A stretch of DNA of 64,000 nt from Camelus ferus (GCF_009834535.1 NC_045697.1:43588001-43652000); one strand, 5' to 3'. Shown: positions 25,685 through 39,069, numbered from the stretch's first letter. Numbers and translations: made by a program. The notes: generated by a model not told the origin, from the sequence alone.

Positions 25685-27000
25685 ACATTCATTTGGCAAA
25701 CATTAATCAAGCTTACACTTGTGGTGGAGATGCATAAAACGAGCAAATACCTAATGTTTGGATGTAAGTGCTAATGGAAACGAACAGTAGGCTAAGTGCA
25801 GAGGGAGGGACACGTGCTGCTGTATTAGGCGGGGTGGCCAGCGAAGGCTTCCGAGGCAGGGGTAGTCAAGCAAATGAAGCGGGAGGGGAGCCTCGCACAT
25901 ATCTAGGAGAAGACCATTCTAAGGCCAAGTAACAAGTGCCAAGACCCTGACACAGGAATATTCTTGTTGATTTGAAGTAAAAAGGAGAAAAGGCCAGAGT
26001 GTTCGGGGAGGCCGAGCAAGGGAAGGAGCGATAGAAGCCAGGCTGAAGGGCTGACCCGTGGCCAGACTGCAGCGAGGCCTTAGAGGTCAGGGTAAGAATT
26101 TGGGATTTCATTCTCAGTGTGATGGGAAGTGACTGAAGGATTTTGAAGGTGGAAGTGACATGATTCAGTTGTGATGCTAAGGACTGCACTAGCTGCAGTT
26201 AACCAAGTAGACTATTTTGGGGAGAAGAGCAAAGGCAGGGTGATCCGCTGTGACACAGGGAAAGAATGTGGGACGTGAGGAGAGCTGTGTCCCAGGGTCT
26301 TGGCTAAGTGCAGGTCCTTGGCTTCGCACAGGAAAGAATTTAAAACCGAGCCACAGCTGAGTAAAGGTAGATTTATTCAGAGTGTTACATACTCCATACA
26401 CAGAGTGCAGGCTGTTTCAGAAGCCAAAAGAAAGGCCACAAGGTGCGGGGGTTAGGTGTTCAGTAGATACACGCTCCACAGACAGAGTGCCGTCTGTCTC
26501 ACTCAGGAGGGAGAGCGGCCAAGAGGTGTGGGGGTTGTTAGTTTTTGTGGGCTCGGTAACTTCCTATGCTAACAAGTGGGAGGATTATTCCAACTACTTT
26601 GGGGAAGGGGCCGGGATTCCCAGGAGCTGGGCCACCGCCCTCTTTTTGACCTTTTATGGCCAGCTTCAGAACTGTCGTGGCGCCTGTGGGAGGGCCAATT
26701 AGCATATGCTAATATATTACAATAAGCAAATAATGAAGCCCAAGGTCTAGTGGAAGTCAAATCTCCCACCATCTTGGGCCTCCTCAAGACCTGTTGGCAG
26801 GTGAATTTTCAGCCACCTTGGTGTTAATTGCTGTGTTATTTCTTGAATGGCTGTGCCCTGCCCCCTTCCTTCCTGTCTCAGCTGGAAGATTCTCACTGTA
26901 GCCCAGGTGAGAGATGGTGATGGCTTGGGCTTGGGTAGTAACTTTGGAGAAAGAGTAAATGGCTTTAAAAATAGGAACTGGAAACAGTTTTTAGAGGCAA
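25685..27000 (-). mobile_element. L2 fragment interrupted by a solo LTR
   Basis: L2-like text (cattcatttggcaaacatt; gtgatgggaagtgactgaaggattttgaa; gcccaggtgagagatggtgatggcttgggc) on both sides of the LTR. Confidence 0.7.
26251..26880 (-). mobile_element. Solo LTR, ERV1/class I type (630 bp)
   Basis: TG...CA termini with short inverted repeats (tgacacagg/cctgtctca), 4-bp TSD GCTG, and minus-strand AATAAA at 26372..26377. Confidence 0.88.
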
Positions 27001-28497
27001 GCAATATAATAAACAATTCTCTTTTATTGAGGTTTTTATTTTTGTTTTTATTTTGTTTAGTTCCGGCGGCGAGGGGGAGGAATTTGGAGGGAGGTGCATG
27101 TACAGAAGGATGAATCCATTCACCTGCCTTTTCCCTAATTTCATCAGAGAGCACTTAAACTCATCCTCCACAGCTCGTTCAAATGTCCTCCCTTCCACAG
27201 CCCCTTCCATCCTCAACATCAAATCCACCTCTTCCCCAGAGTCCACAGTACTTTGCTCCTGGGCAAAAAAAAAAAAAAAAAAAAAAAGCCCTACCACTTC
27301 CTCTGTGGTTAGTGGTGTGTCTTCACTTCCAGACTCTTAAGCTCCCGTGGTATAGATTCCTGTCTTGGGCAGCACTGAGCCTCAGTACTAGCAGAGTCTG
27401 AATCATCATGTACATCTCATAAAATGTGTTAAGTATCTAAACACATTTTAATAGAAAAGCATTTTCCCAAGAGAGGTATTAAACCAAGGGATTTATTGGG
27501 TGAAGCTGCAGTATCTCATTCATCACTCCACCAGTGAACCAACTTACTGCAGAACCTACTGGATAAGACGGGGTTTTGAAGTCATTCTTCTGCCCCATCC
27601 TGAGCAAAATTCTGGCTCTTCAGGAACAATATCGGAGCCTGCCCTGCCAACAGGCAGCACTGAAAATTCCTTCCAGTTAGGAAATTTGGAACTCTCACTC
27701 GTGCCTGATTTAGCAACAACCAGACGTCAGGGCTGCTTTTCTCAGAAGAAGGTCACTGTAAAAAGCAGGACTTCACCAAGGTCAAACTTCAGTCCATTGG
27801 GCAATGAGCACTGTCAGGTGTGCGTTCCACAGGAATTAGGCTCACTCCCTTTTCCCAGTCACAGGCTCGATTCCACTTGAGCTGTAAGATGTGTATACTC
27901 TTCTGAAAACACTTTCAAAAGAATGCCTAGGCATTTACTACCCAGGCTTATACGAAAAAATTAAAGATCAATCTGAATCCCTTGTGATGATATTGTCCAA
28001 ACATGTTTCTTGATTTTTTTTTTTTCCCATCTGCTTCAGTGGATTTCCAAAAGCCCAGAAACTTTGTCTTTGTCACTGCTGTGCCCCCAGACCCAGAAGA
28101 GTAGACACACAGCAGACACCAAATATAGGTTAACTTTATAAAGCTAGAGGCACAGTAATTTGAAAGCCTTCCCAAGAAAGCTTTGATTCTCAAGTTAATT
28201 TTTATAATTGGCAAGGATGCATCTTCAGTCAAGGGATACAATTTTCAAAACTTCTCAAAAAAAAAAATTAAATTCACTTAATTTTAAAAGCAGTGAGTAT
28301 CATATTTGACCTCAAGAGGAGACTGACTGTTCCTACTCTTCTAGGCATCCCACTCCCAGCCATAGCTTGGAACTCAAAGGGATTCAAAACGTTTTAATTC
28401 ACCAATGTAGAACATGCTCTATTTTCAAAGCTGTCCCGGGCATCTCTTCCATAGAGCCAAGAGGCCACCAAGTAGCCAGAATTGCTATATGCTTCCT

Positions 28498-28516
28498 GCA
28501 ACAGCAGAGGGCACCA
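28498..28516 (+). promoter_or_regulatory. Candidate CTCF site
   Basis: gcaACAGCAGAGGGCACca matches 13/14 of CCASYAGRKGGCRS, with an upstream tgctat module. Confidence 0.45.
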
Positions 28517-28846
28517 TCACAGGGACTTTTTTTTTTTTTTTTTTTTTTGAACCCCATGAAGAGCCATCAAAGGGACCTCAGCCCAGGTGTAATATGGGCA
28601 AAGAATTTGTCAATCACTCAAAATGCAGAAAATACCACTGAACCTGCTTTCAGCTGCCTTCATACTGTTAGGTTATTGTATTCTCTAGGGATGCTAAAAA
28701 TCTCATAGCTTTCCCAGTGTTGGTCCATGTCTTCCTGTAAATGTCTTTATCTTATTCTTATTTCAGCAGAGAATTAAATTTGCAAATTCAGTTATAATTC
28801 TAAATAAAGAAGGGTTTGTTGCTCTTTATATTAAAATAATGACTCA

Positions 28847-28946
28847 GGAGGGTAGGTATAGCCCAGTGGTAGAGTGCATGCTTAGCATGCATGAAGTCCT
28901 GGGTTTAATCCCCAGTACTTTCATTAAAATAAATAAATAAATAAAA
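28847..28946 (+). mobile_element. tRNA-derived camelid SINE (vic-1 type)
   Basis: tatagcccagtggtagagtgcatgcttagcatgcatgaagtcctgggtttaatcccc followed by an (AAAT)n tail. Confidence 0.9.
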
Positions 28947-29644
28947 TTTATTTATTATTTATATAAAGAAACTATTTTTTTAAGAAAGTTGTTGCTTTCT
29001 AGAACTTTTATTTCTACCAACATGTACCCATCCTCTTTTTTATATGATAAAAGAAAATTATTTTGAATGCTTCCATAAATGGGCAAGAAAGTTATGACTC
29101 CCCAAGCCAAAGGCTGAAAGAAGATAGGTTATCCCAGAGAGATAAGCAGGGCAGAGAGGCCAGGTATCTGCTTTCACCTTGAGGGTGTTGGCTGAACCAA
29201 GCAAACTTGAGCAGTAGTTTCCAGAGCCTTAAGGGCCTAACGGGCAACAGACAAGCTGAAGGCCAGCCCAATGTGGGAAGTCTAAAGAAAACCGTCCCTT
29301 GAAAGGTGGGATCCCAAAGGGCTACACCTCGTAAGAAGAAAGTAGAACTCACCCATCCCTTACTCATGGATGCCAGCCGGGTAAATTATCTGCATCAAAC
29401 CTTAGTGCTACATGAAAGAGAAAAATGATTTCCCCCTGAGGATTTAAAGTCACTTGGCAATTAAAAGGAAAGAACTGCTTATCAGCACAACACGGATGAC
29501 TCTCAGAAACATTATGCTGAGAATTCAGAACCACCAGATGGCCCTCATTTGAGTAGGCTAAATTCATACTATTTACATGGTTCAAAAATCCTCAAGCCAA
29601 TAAGTTAGTTTAAAGTGGTCCCAGACTGATCGTGCCCTACAAAA

Positions 29645-29862
29645 GGGGAAGGCAAACTATTCCAGGTGAGGGGCCAGGGAAGTAAGTATTTTAGGCTTTG
29701 TGGGCCATTCACTGTTGCAACTATTCAACTCTGCTGTAGCAGAGAAGCAAACACAGGCAGTGTGTGAACAAACAAGTGTGGCTGTCTTCCAGTAAAATCT
29801 TATTGACAGCAACAGGCAGAGGGCAGGATTTAGCCTATGGGCTGTAATTTGCTAAGCCCTAA
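29645..29862. mobile_element. hAT-Charlie MITE (MER58A-like)
   Basis: ggcaaactat...taagtattttaggctttgtgggcca...gtgtggctgtcttccagtaaaatcttatt...tttgctaagccct. Confidence 0.8.
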
Positions 29863-29989
29863 GCTAAACGCTTGAAGGAAGATAAAATTCCAAAGATGAC
29901 ATCATCATGAAAATTCGGTAAACACACAAAGAAATAAATGACTCCATTCATGAGACGCCTCCGGGGGGGAAAAAGAGTTAAACCCTCAA

Positions 29990-31525
29990 AAGATGTAAGA
30001 TTTTGGAATAGTTGGAAAAACATATAAAATCAACAAGCATAAGATACTTCATAAACTTATTGAAGAATACGCACATTTGAAAAAGAATCAAGTATAACCC
30101 ATAGAAATGAGAAATATAGAAATTGAAATTATAGACTCAGTGTGCAGTCAATTAAGCAGAACTGAAGAATTAGAGAAATGGTACAACTGAAGATTGTCCA
30201 GAAAGAAGTCTAGCTCATGGCAAAGAAATGGAAGATATAAAAAAGAGATTAAGAGGCATGTGGGATAGAGAAAGTCTAATATTTGTTTAATCAGACTTCT
30301 AAAAAGACAGGAGGACAAAGACATTGTGTAAAGGGATATCTGAGAACTTTTGAAAATTGATGAAAAATACCAAACCACAGATGAAAAGCCAACAAGTCAC
30401 AACAAGATAAATATGAAGTGCTAAAATAACAGAAACAAAGAAATGCTCTTAAATACACTCTAGAAATATTACCTTCATACAAGTGATAATCAGGCCTAGT
30501 AGCTGATTTCTCAGTGACGACTCTGGAATGATGCTTAATGTGTTTAGAGAGACATAACAATTGATCTGAACATAAACACCTACATCCAGCAAAAACTTTC
30601 AAGAATATGTACAAAATAAATACACTTTCAGAAAAACACAAACTGAATGTGCCAGCAGCAGACTCTCAGTAAGGAAAGTGATCCCAGATGGAAGGAGAGA
30701 TAAAAGAGGTGAGGAATGACAAAGTGGTGACCAGGTGGGTAAACACTGACTGTATAAAAGGGTAAGACTGATGATGACGGCAGCAATGACTATGATAATC
30801 TGTGGGGTTATATAAGTAATTAAAATGCATAATATCATATAAATTAGCAGAAGGAATGAAAGACTGGAATTCAAGTTCTAGGTCCTTCTATTATTCAGGA
30901 GTATAAGGACAGTGGTCAGTTTTAGACTTTAATAAGTATACAGGTTGAAATTTATAAAGTAACCACAGAACAAATAGAAATAAGATCATTAACCTCCTTA
31001 AGTAGAGAAAATGGAAAAAGAAAAAGTAATAAATCCAGGAGGGCAAGAAAGACAGATTTTAAAGATGGAAGAGAAAGCAAAAAATAAGATAAAAAAAAAT
31101 AAATCCAAATGTTATTACACTAACTGTAAATGTTGTTCTCATACCCTGTTGATGGGTTGTGTAAAATGGGGCAAACTTTTTGGAAAGTTCGGCTGTTTCT
31201 GCTCTAACACTGAAACGCTCCTACCCTGTCCTGGAGCAGTCCTAATTCCTACTACACAAACAACTAGAGAAACAAACACCTGAGCACGTCTGCCAAGAGA
31301 CATATACAAGCATATTTACAGTAAGTTGAAAAAAACCTACTGTCCATTGACTGTAAATGGAATAACAGTTTGTGATTTTTTTCAGACCTTCCAGAATATA
31401 CTATTTACCCTATTTATTGGCCTGGTAACAGGTACACAGGTATCTGTTTTTACCACTGCCCTAAAGTGTACCTGCACACTTTCATATATATTTGTGTGTT
31501 TTACAATTTCACAATAAATAAAAAG
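29990..31525 (+). mobile_element. Highly decayed old L1 fragments (ORF1 region and 3' end)
   Basis: A-rich L1-like text with no intact ORF. Boundaries approximate. Confidence 0.6.
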
Positions 31526-33334
31526 AAGACAAGTGAGAATCAGAGAAGTTGTTAAAAAAGCTGAAAAGCCAATGAGTGCTAGAGCCCTAATTAGAAAATG
31601 TCTTTATGACTCTTTATCTCATCATCTTAACCATTACTCCAAAAAATAACATCAAATACCAGTCGCATCAATCCACTAGAAACCAGAGTTAAAAACACAA
31701 GAGCGAGCACATAGCTTTTGTCAAGTTCCTAATAGAGCCCCTAGATTTCAGTACGGATCCCAGATCCTAGCCTTCCCCCAACCCTAACCCGGGCCTCCCA
31801 TCACAAGCTACTCAGACCCAGCAGGAAGCAGGTTAGAACTGCAGTACCACATTTAAGAAAATACATTTCAGAAACCACCACCAAGAGCAATTCTGGTCAA
31901 GAGGCAGCCCTCATGACCATGGTACATGATCTGTAGTCCTAAGAAAACAACAGCCCTTAGCATGTATTTCCAGATATCAAAAGAATGCCCCAAGTGCAGC
32001 GTATGCACCGAGGGGATAATGGCAAACCACCAAGACAAAACTGAATAGGTCTTGGAAAGTCTGCTTATACAAGAAACTGCTGGAGAATGTTCTTTGCACC
32101 AGGCTGTGATCTGGGATCATTTCCCCTATGCTCTGAGTGTACTTGCTGATTCAGACATGGCTGCTCATCCAATCCCAGGATATGCCAGGACATTTCAGAA
32201 ACCCTTGGCGTTCCTGAAACCCAGTGTCTGTAAATATCACCAAGACAAAGAGGTGGGAAAAAAGACGCAACCTCAAGGCTCAATGAATGGATCTATGCAA
32301 GGGTCTTACCTAATGGGATTTTTCTACCAAACCCTGCCTACCTTTGATATCCTAAGACAGTTACAGAAGACTCAAGAATACTAATCTCTGGGCATGACAC
32401 TTCTAAAGTGAGCATAAAACAGTATTAGGGAAGGCAAGTCAAAAAAAGGTGCTTTAGGGAGCATAAGCTAAATCTGGGCAGTATTTGCTTTCTAAGAACG
32501 TTTTCAGTATCATAGTAATTCCTGAAATAACTTGAAAACTAATCCTCTAAGTCAAAGACCTACAAGACAAAGGTCCTGAGTGAAACAGCATTAGATTTTT
32601 CTAGTGAAAACATGCCAGCCACAGTGCTCCTGAAAAGACATATTACCAGTGGCCAGGCAAAACAGCTGTTAGTTGTTCTAATGGCTTTTCTGAGAACTGG
32701 CCTAATTAATAAAATGGATTTATCAATTCAAACTACACTGAATATGAGAAATAAAAAGAAAAAGGAAATCTTCGGAGAGAAAACAAATAAGACAAAGAGT
32801 CACCCCAACACACTTACTCGGATTTGCTGATTTTCAACCCAGTTCACCTCCAGGAGAGTTTTGGGGGAGCCCCCAAAAAAGGGAAAGATGGGGGTGAGGA
32901 GTGAGAACAAAAGCACAGCTGACCGTTGAGGGTCCCCTGTTCGCAAATTTTCTTTTGGGATCAGATCCATCTAGCTTGGTAAGAACACACACTGAGAGCA
33001 CTGTAGCAAGCCCAGCGCCAGCTGAGAGAGCATCACCAGAGCTCACCTGCAAAATAACTCAATCTGTGACTCTGATCAACATGGAGTCCACCAGCCCAGA
33101 GTCCAGAACTAGGTTGACAAAAAAAAAAAAAAAGAAAGAAAGAAAGAAAAAAAACAAACCAAAACCAGTGGTTCACGTTTCTCATTTCCTAGATATTCAA
33201 GTCCAATAAAACCTATGTCATGAAAATGGAAAACAAACGATCCGTCTTTGTAATAAGAAAGAATAGAAATTACTCCAAATCAGAAGAGCAGAGGTGTGGG
33301 GAAAATAATGCAACACATATTTAGAAATATAGAA

Positions 33335-33340
33335 TTTATT
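33335..33340 (-). terminator. Distal polyadenylation signal AATAAA of GPAT3
   Basis: TTTATT on the + strand. On the minus strand there is an upstream TGTA (~33373) and a downstream GT/T-rich tract (tgtgttgcattatttt). Confidence 0.7.
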
Positions 33341-33772
33341 TGTATTCACCGTTAAGACAGTTTCACATTTTTGTACATGGTTACCCGGAGAGAGAGCACA
33401 CCCCGATGGCATTATATTGCTGTCAAACATTGCTTACGCTGCTGAGGCTGAAAATACATTTTCCCCTTTAAAAAATTTAAGGCTCAGTTTCCAAAAGGTA
33501 ATTTTACCCCTTATTTTCCTGTTTAATAAACTAGGAGAGTTCTGAAATAAAGGACAAAGAGGTGGACAGGGAGGGACAGGGTCACACACTTCACTCATTC
33601 CTACTTGCGCTGAAGACACTCAATGTGATTTGCTGTTGTTGTAAAAGGCTCCTTCTATTTGAAAATGTGTTGGTTACAATGTCAAACAACCTAGTAGACG
33701 GGAGAGGCCTTTAAGTATGGGTCTTTAGCACACAAACAAGGAAAACTTTATCACCAGTTGCTGGCTAACGTG

Positions 33773-33778
33773 TTTATT
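33773..33778 (-). terminator. Candidate proximal polyadenylation signal AATAAA
   Basis: TTTATT on the + strand within the 3' UTR, preceded by TGTA on the minus strand. Confidence 0.4.
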
Positions 33779-34445
33779 TACAAGTTGCCTACATAAAAAT
33801 GTGCACACACAGTAACGTGGACTCACTTTTCTCTGGTAAAGCTCACCAAATAGTATGTCTCTACTGACAAGCTAGTAAAAAATATTTACGTTTCCTTTTG
33901 ACTTTCGGATCAAGTGGCCACAAAGCTGTCCTTTCTCTTAAAAACTGTCCTCATTTTTCTTTCCAACCTTGTGGTAAAACAAAACCATGACGGCAGCCCT
34001 GAACTGACATGTAATCCCTGTTTAAGTGATTGAAGGGGGGGGGGAGGGCGTGAGAAAGCTAATTATGAACAAAAACTGGAGTACTTCTTCGAGAATTACC
34101 CCATCAAAGAGTTCCAGACACAACCCGTTCCAGAAGTGTTTTAGAAGCACTTTTTCTGCCCGTTCAAATAGTTCACTCAATCCACAATGACACAATCGTC
34201 TTACTAAAGGCAGAATCTGCTTAAACTCAGTAAACTACCTTACAGTTCACGAGGTTGATGCTATAACAACAAAAGCCAAAAAGGGCACCTTTTTGTGGGT
34301 TCTGCCTCTGGCATAAAGAGGTAGAGACAATCATCCTTTAGAAAAGATTAACAATAAAAAAACAAAAACAGTGAAACAGAACCCAAAAAACAACCCCTGC
34401 CACATTCAGTTTCTAAAGACTAGTTCTGGAAAGCCAGGGTGGCAT

Positions 34446-34557
34446 TCAGTTTGCTTCTGAGTTGAGAGATCCGTTGCCCACAATCATTTTGCTGTAATTC
34501 TTCTGCTGCTCTTCCTTAAAGGTGTCCTTCACCTTGGCTCTCTTCAGCCCTCCATCC
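34446..34557 (-). CDS. GPAT3: GPAT3 last exon, coding part (112 nt including TGA): DGGLKRAKVKDTFKEEQQKNYSKMIVGNGSLNSEAN*
   Basis: Acceptor ttctcag|G, with the in-frame TGA at 34448..34446. Confidence 0.96.
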
Positions 34558-36057
34558 CTGAGAACAGAAAGACAAATAAATCAAAGATACTCCCAGTGGT
34601 GATTTACAAGGGTTACCTATTAACACGTGCTGCATGGTGCCATGACACTTAGGCAGCTGGTCAGCGATGAGGCAAAGTACACCGGACTTGGAAGCACAAA
34701 GACCCAGATTTCTGGGTCAGAGGTAGACCTCTGCTCTACCACTTAACCAGACGTATGTTACTTTATGGAAGGAACAATCTCTCTGATGTCTGGTTAAAAT
34801 AAAGAACAATTTCTCTACTCAGTTTCTTTTCAGAAGCTAGGGCTCCTCTGTTCAATATTTGGATACCATATACCTATCTTTTCCCCCGGAAAGCAAAATA
34901 CTTTTTTTAAAAAAAATCTAAATCGACCTATATCTTAGCAGAAAATCAGATGGAAAATTTTAAATATCCACACAAGAAATGGTGAGGGTACTCTGCGTGT
35001 GTGGATAAATTCCTTACAGAGAAATGGGGCTCATCAGTATTCAAATCTAATCCTATTGTCTGAGAAGTCATGTTTTCATTCAAAGCACTGTATTTCAAGT
35101 ATTTATGATCTTCCATATCCCAAAACACACTCAGAGTAAGACAGATAAGAAAAACATAAATTGCATTCAACAGTAGTAGTGCCAAAGTCAGCAGCATTCC
35201 TTAATTCAGAGCCTGTGAATCTTTGAACTCTCTTCAGGGTGATGAAAACACAGACCTGCCTGGGTTATAAGGACCCTGCGTGCCTTTCCTTCTTTGGGCA
35301 GCACCAAGGAACAACAAGCTCGATGAGCTGGAAGGAGACTGGACGATCAGGGGCCACTATCTCTCTCCTAATCTAACGTTTTAGATTTTAACTCCTAGGA
35401 GACCGTGGATCAAGAACTTGCTTACTTTATACTCTGCCTGTTTAATTTTAACCCAGCTAGGCACAAATGTTTACCAAGTGCTCTCTAATGGTGATGTATG
35501 GATCATAGGTTAGCCAGTGACCCCAATGCTGTGAAGTCAGAACTTGACCTACAAACAGAAGCCTGCCTGAGCCCAGTGCAACGTTCTGGCCTCTAGAGTC
35601 AAAACTAAGACACAGCCCACCAGGAAGGCCCCAACTTAAAAACAGACTTCCATCCACAATTCTGCCAGGAGGTCAGTTGTAGGAAATTTCCATGAAATCA
35701 GGTTATAAGTTGTCATTAGGTCTCCAGAATTGTCCACAGGAGCCCTTTATCCAAATGAGCTGCCTCTAACACTTCGCAGCATTTATGTGAATTCGGACTA
35801 GGAAGAACTAAGGAAGGGAGGGAGAGACAGAAGGAAGGCCAGTCATCCTTCCCTGTGGTCCAAGCCAAAACGGACAAAAATTCAAAGTTAGCAACATTTG
35901 TCCTTCAGCATCTTGACATCATTTTTAAACAATTCTCTTTCCCAGGCACCCAGGAAACCGCACATTGCTCTAAGCACCCCAGCTGTGACTGGCCACCCCT
36001 AGAGACTTCAAAGTTTTACCCAGTTCCCTTTTGCCATGGCAGCAGATCTTAGTTCTT

Positions 36058-36778
36058 TTTTTTTAAACTGAAGTATAGTTGATTTACAATGTTGTGTTAG
36101 CTTCAAGTGTACAGCAAAGTGATTCAGTCATACATATACATATATATATTACACATATTCTTTTTCAGATTCTTTTCCATTATAGGTTGTTATAAGATAT
36201 TGAATGTAGTTCTCTGTGCTACACAGTAGGTCCTTGTTTTATCTACTTTATATATAGTAGTGTGTATCTGTTAAGTGCAAACTCCTATTTTATCCCTCCC
36301 CTCCATCCTTGTCCCCTTTGGGAACCATAGTTTGTTTTCTGTCTATGAGTCTGCTTCTGGTTTGTAAATAAATTCACTTGTATCATTTTTTTTAGATTCC
36401 ATATATAAGTGATATCATATGATATTTATCTTTCTCTGACTTACTTCACTTAGTATGATAATTTCTAAGTCAAGCCATGTTGCTGCAAATGGCATTATTT
36501 CCTTTTTTTATGACTAATGTTCCATGGTATAGACATACCACAACTTGTTTATCCAGTCATCTGTCGATAGACGTTTAGGTTACTTCCGTATCTTGACAAT
36601 TGTAAACAGTGCTGCTATGAACATCTTTTCCAGTTAGAGTTTTCTCCAGATATAATCCAAGAGTGGGATTGCTGGATCATATGGTAGTTCTATTTTAAGT
36701 TTTTTTAAGGAAAACCTCCATACTGTCCTCCATAGTGGCTGCACCAATTTCCATTCCCACCAACAGTGTAGGAGGGTT
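36058..36778 (-). mobile_element. 5'-truncated L1 in GPAT3 intron 11 (sense to the gene)
   Basis: L1 3' UTR and ORF2 end. Perfect 15-bp TSD cagatcttagttctt at 36043..36057 and 36779..36793. Confidence 0.93.
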
Positions 36779-37392
36779 CAGATCTTAGTTCTTAAGGAGG
36801 ACAGCAGCCATAAATAAAAGCCAGTTTAAGATGACACAAGTAAGTTCTCACTTAATCTAGGAAAAAAAAACAATCTAGACATGTTAATTCACACCTGATG
36901 GATGAATGACAAATACATCTGGAAAGGCAGTGAGCCTATTTTCTTTTTAAAGAAGAGACTAGGTAATTAAAAACAACCTTATATCATAAAATCACATATG
37001 GCCTGATATAAGGAAATGTTAAAACTCTGAGGGTTACTTTTGCCATTCTATTCAAGCCAGTCTGACTGAGAGTCTGTCCTGGGGCTAACTCCCTTAAGCT
37101 ATTTTGTTTCTCAAAGTTTTCTTCCTTTCCTTGTTCTCTGAGGCTATAGATCCAAAGCTCTAAGCTTTTTAGGGCAGGAGCAGGGCTAGGGTGTCAGGCA
37201 AGAGGAAGGGGGATAAAGACTAGAAAACAATGAACAAGGAAGATATAAGAACATGGGTCACTAGGGCATCTATAAACTACAGCATCGGTAAGCCTGTCAT
37301 TTCATGACGGTGGGATGTCTGTAATTTAGTTTCACATATTCCAGTGTAGAGAACGTAACACAAATGTTGGTCTTAACCCATCTTAATCCTAC

Positions 37393-37499
37393 TTTTTTTT
37401 TTGTTTAAATTATTTCATTTTAATTTATTTTATTTGTTGTTGAAGTATAGTCAGTTACAATGTGTCAATCTCTGACGTACAGCATAATGTCCCAGTCCT
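37393..37499 (-). mobile_element. Very short L1 3' end
   Basis: T-rich tail followed by tgaagtatagtcagttacaatgtgtcaat. Degenerate flanking taatcct repeats. Confidence 0.75.
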
Positions 37500-38149
37500 G
37501 TTAACCCTAATCCTGACCTTAGGGCCAGTCAGTTGCCCTAAATCAAGAACTCATACTCCCAGAGGGGTCAGCCAACCATTTAGTCAGAAGGCCACACTCC
37601 AGAGGTACCGCTATAAGGCTTCAGCTACCTTGATCTCCCATCATACTCCCAAGCTTTATAACTAGCATAATGAATTTTAGAAATAGGTTTTTACTGTAGA
37701 AATTAATAGCTTATTAATTAGTATAATGGATGCCAGAAAGTCTTCCCTGAGTGAAATTAGCTGTATTCAAGATATGTGAATGGATTAAGTATTTTAGAGA
37801 TAATCCCCCCCCTTGCATTAAAGGGTACGTAAGAATCCAGCTAGCCCTTCCACCAGAGGCTTAATCCCTAAACAGTCCTGGGTCCCTCCATGTGTTCAGA
37901 TGTTTTTGGTTGCCTGGCTGACAGCCTGACTTGGTTAGCCACATCCTGCTTCTAGAACACTGCCAAAATTGACTCCCATGAACTTTCCACATCACATGTT
38001 TTCAAAACACCAAAAAGATAAACAGCAGGGACCTAATATTAGTAGGCCTTGAAGTATGGACTGTTTTATGCCAGTCTACCAAATACAATGTCTATGTGTG
38101 TGTAAGAATTTAATCCCCCATCATAACATAGGTACATTTAACCCTCACT

Positions 38150-39040
38150 GACACAGACTAAAGTTTGTGTGCTCCCCAAAATTCATACTGAAGCCCTAAC
38201 CCCAAAAAATACTGGTATTTGGAGATGGGACCTTTGGCAGCTAATTAGGTTTAAATGAGATCATGAGCACTGGGCCCTCAAGATGGGTATAGTGCCCTTA
38301 TAAGAAGACACATCACACAGTTTCCAGCCTTCAGTGACAAAATAAATTTCTGTTGCTTGAGTCACCCAGTCTATGGTAGTTTGTTTTGGCAGCCTGAGCA
38401 AACTGACACTCTCAACTACACTCAGTCTTCCTCAAACAAATGAACAAAAAACTAAAGCTATAGTTACCCATAACTAAAAATATTTCACTTACTTCCTGTC
38501 AAGTTTTTAAGTTTTATTTAACATAGTTATAGCTAGAGTTAAATATGAACAAGCCTGGGGGTTGCCCCTCGCCTCCCAAGGTCCATGCCCCATGCTCAAA
38601 TCCATTCACACTTTCTTCTTCAGTGAAAGAATTCTTAATTTTAGCTAGACACATGGCCATACAGAACAAAGACTACATCTCCCAGAGTCCTTTGCATCAA
38701 GGTGTTATCGCATGACTTGAGTTCCAGTCAACATATACAAGTGGAGGTGGCGTGTCCAACTTCCCGCCTGAGGTTCCCAAAGACATGAGTACATCCTTCT
38801 TGTTTTAGTTCTTCCCTGCTAGCCATTCTGTTGTACTCACTGGGTAGAGCTGAAGCAGCTGCCCTGGACCATAAAGTAGAAGCACACTGAGAATGGTAGA
38901 CGAATACCGAATGAGCTGTTATACCAGTTGAACTCCCTATGGTTAAGTGAGAGGGATAAAACTCTACCTTATTCAAGACATCGTTAACGCTGTATAAACC
39001 ACTGTCAGTGTCAGCTAAACCTCCAGCGAACTAGCGTAAT
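38150..39040 (+). mobile_element. Two MaLR LTR fragments (MLT1A-like ~38150-38410; MLT1-like ~38560-39040)
   Basis: ccccaaaattcatactgaagccctaacccc...aataaatttctgttgcttgagtcacccagtctatggta. Confidence 0.7.
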
Positions 39041-39069
39041 AAATGACATTATTAAAAGTTGGGTTTTTA

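Larger units (their letters stand above)
33315..34445 (-). other. GPAT3: GPAT3 3' UTR (~1.1 kb)
   Basis: Repeat-free sequence between the stop codon and the distal poly(A) signal. The cleavage site is estimated. Confidence 0.7.

Noticed and set aside
26382..27154. Overlapping 70-135 aa ORFs
   Set aside because: They are chance ORFs in a GC-richer solo LTR and the adjacent L2 fragment.
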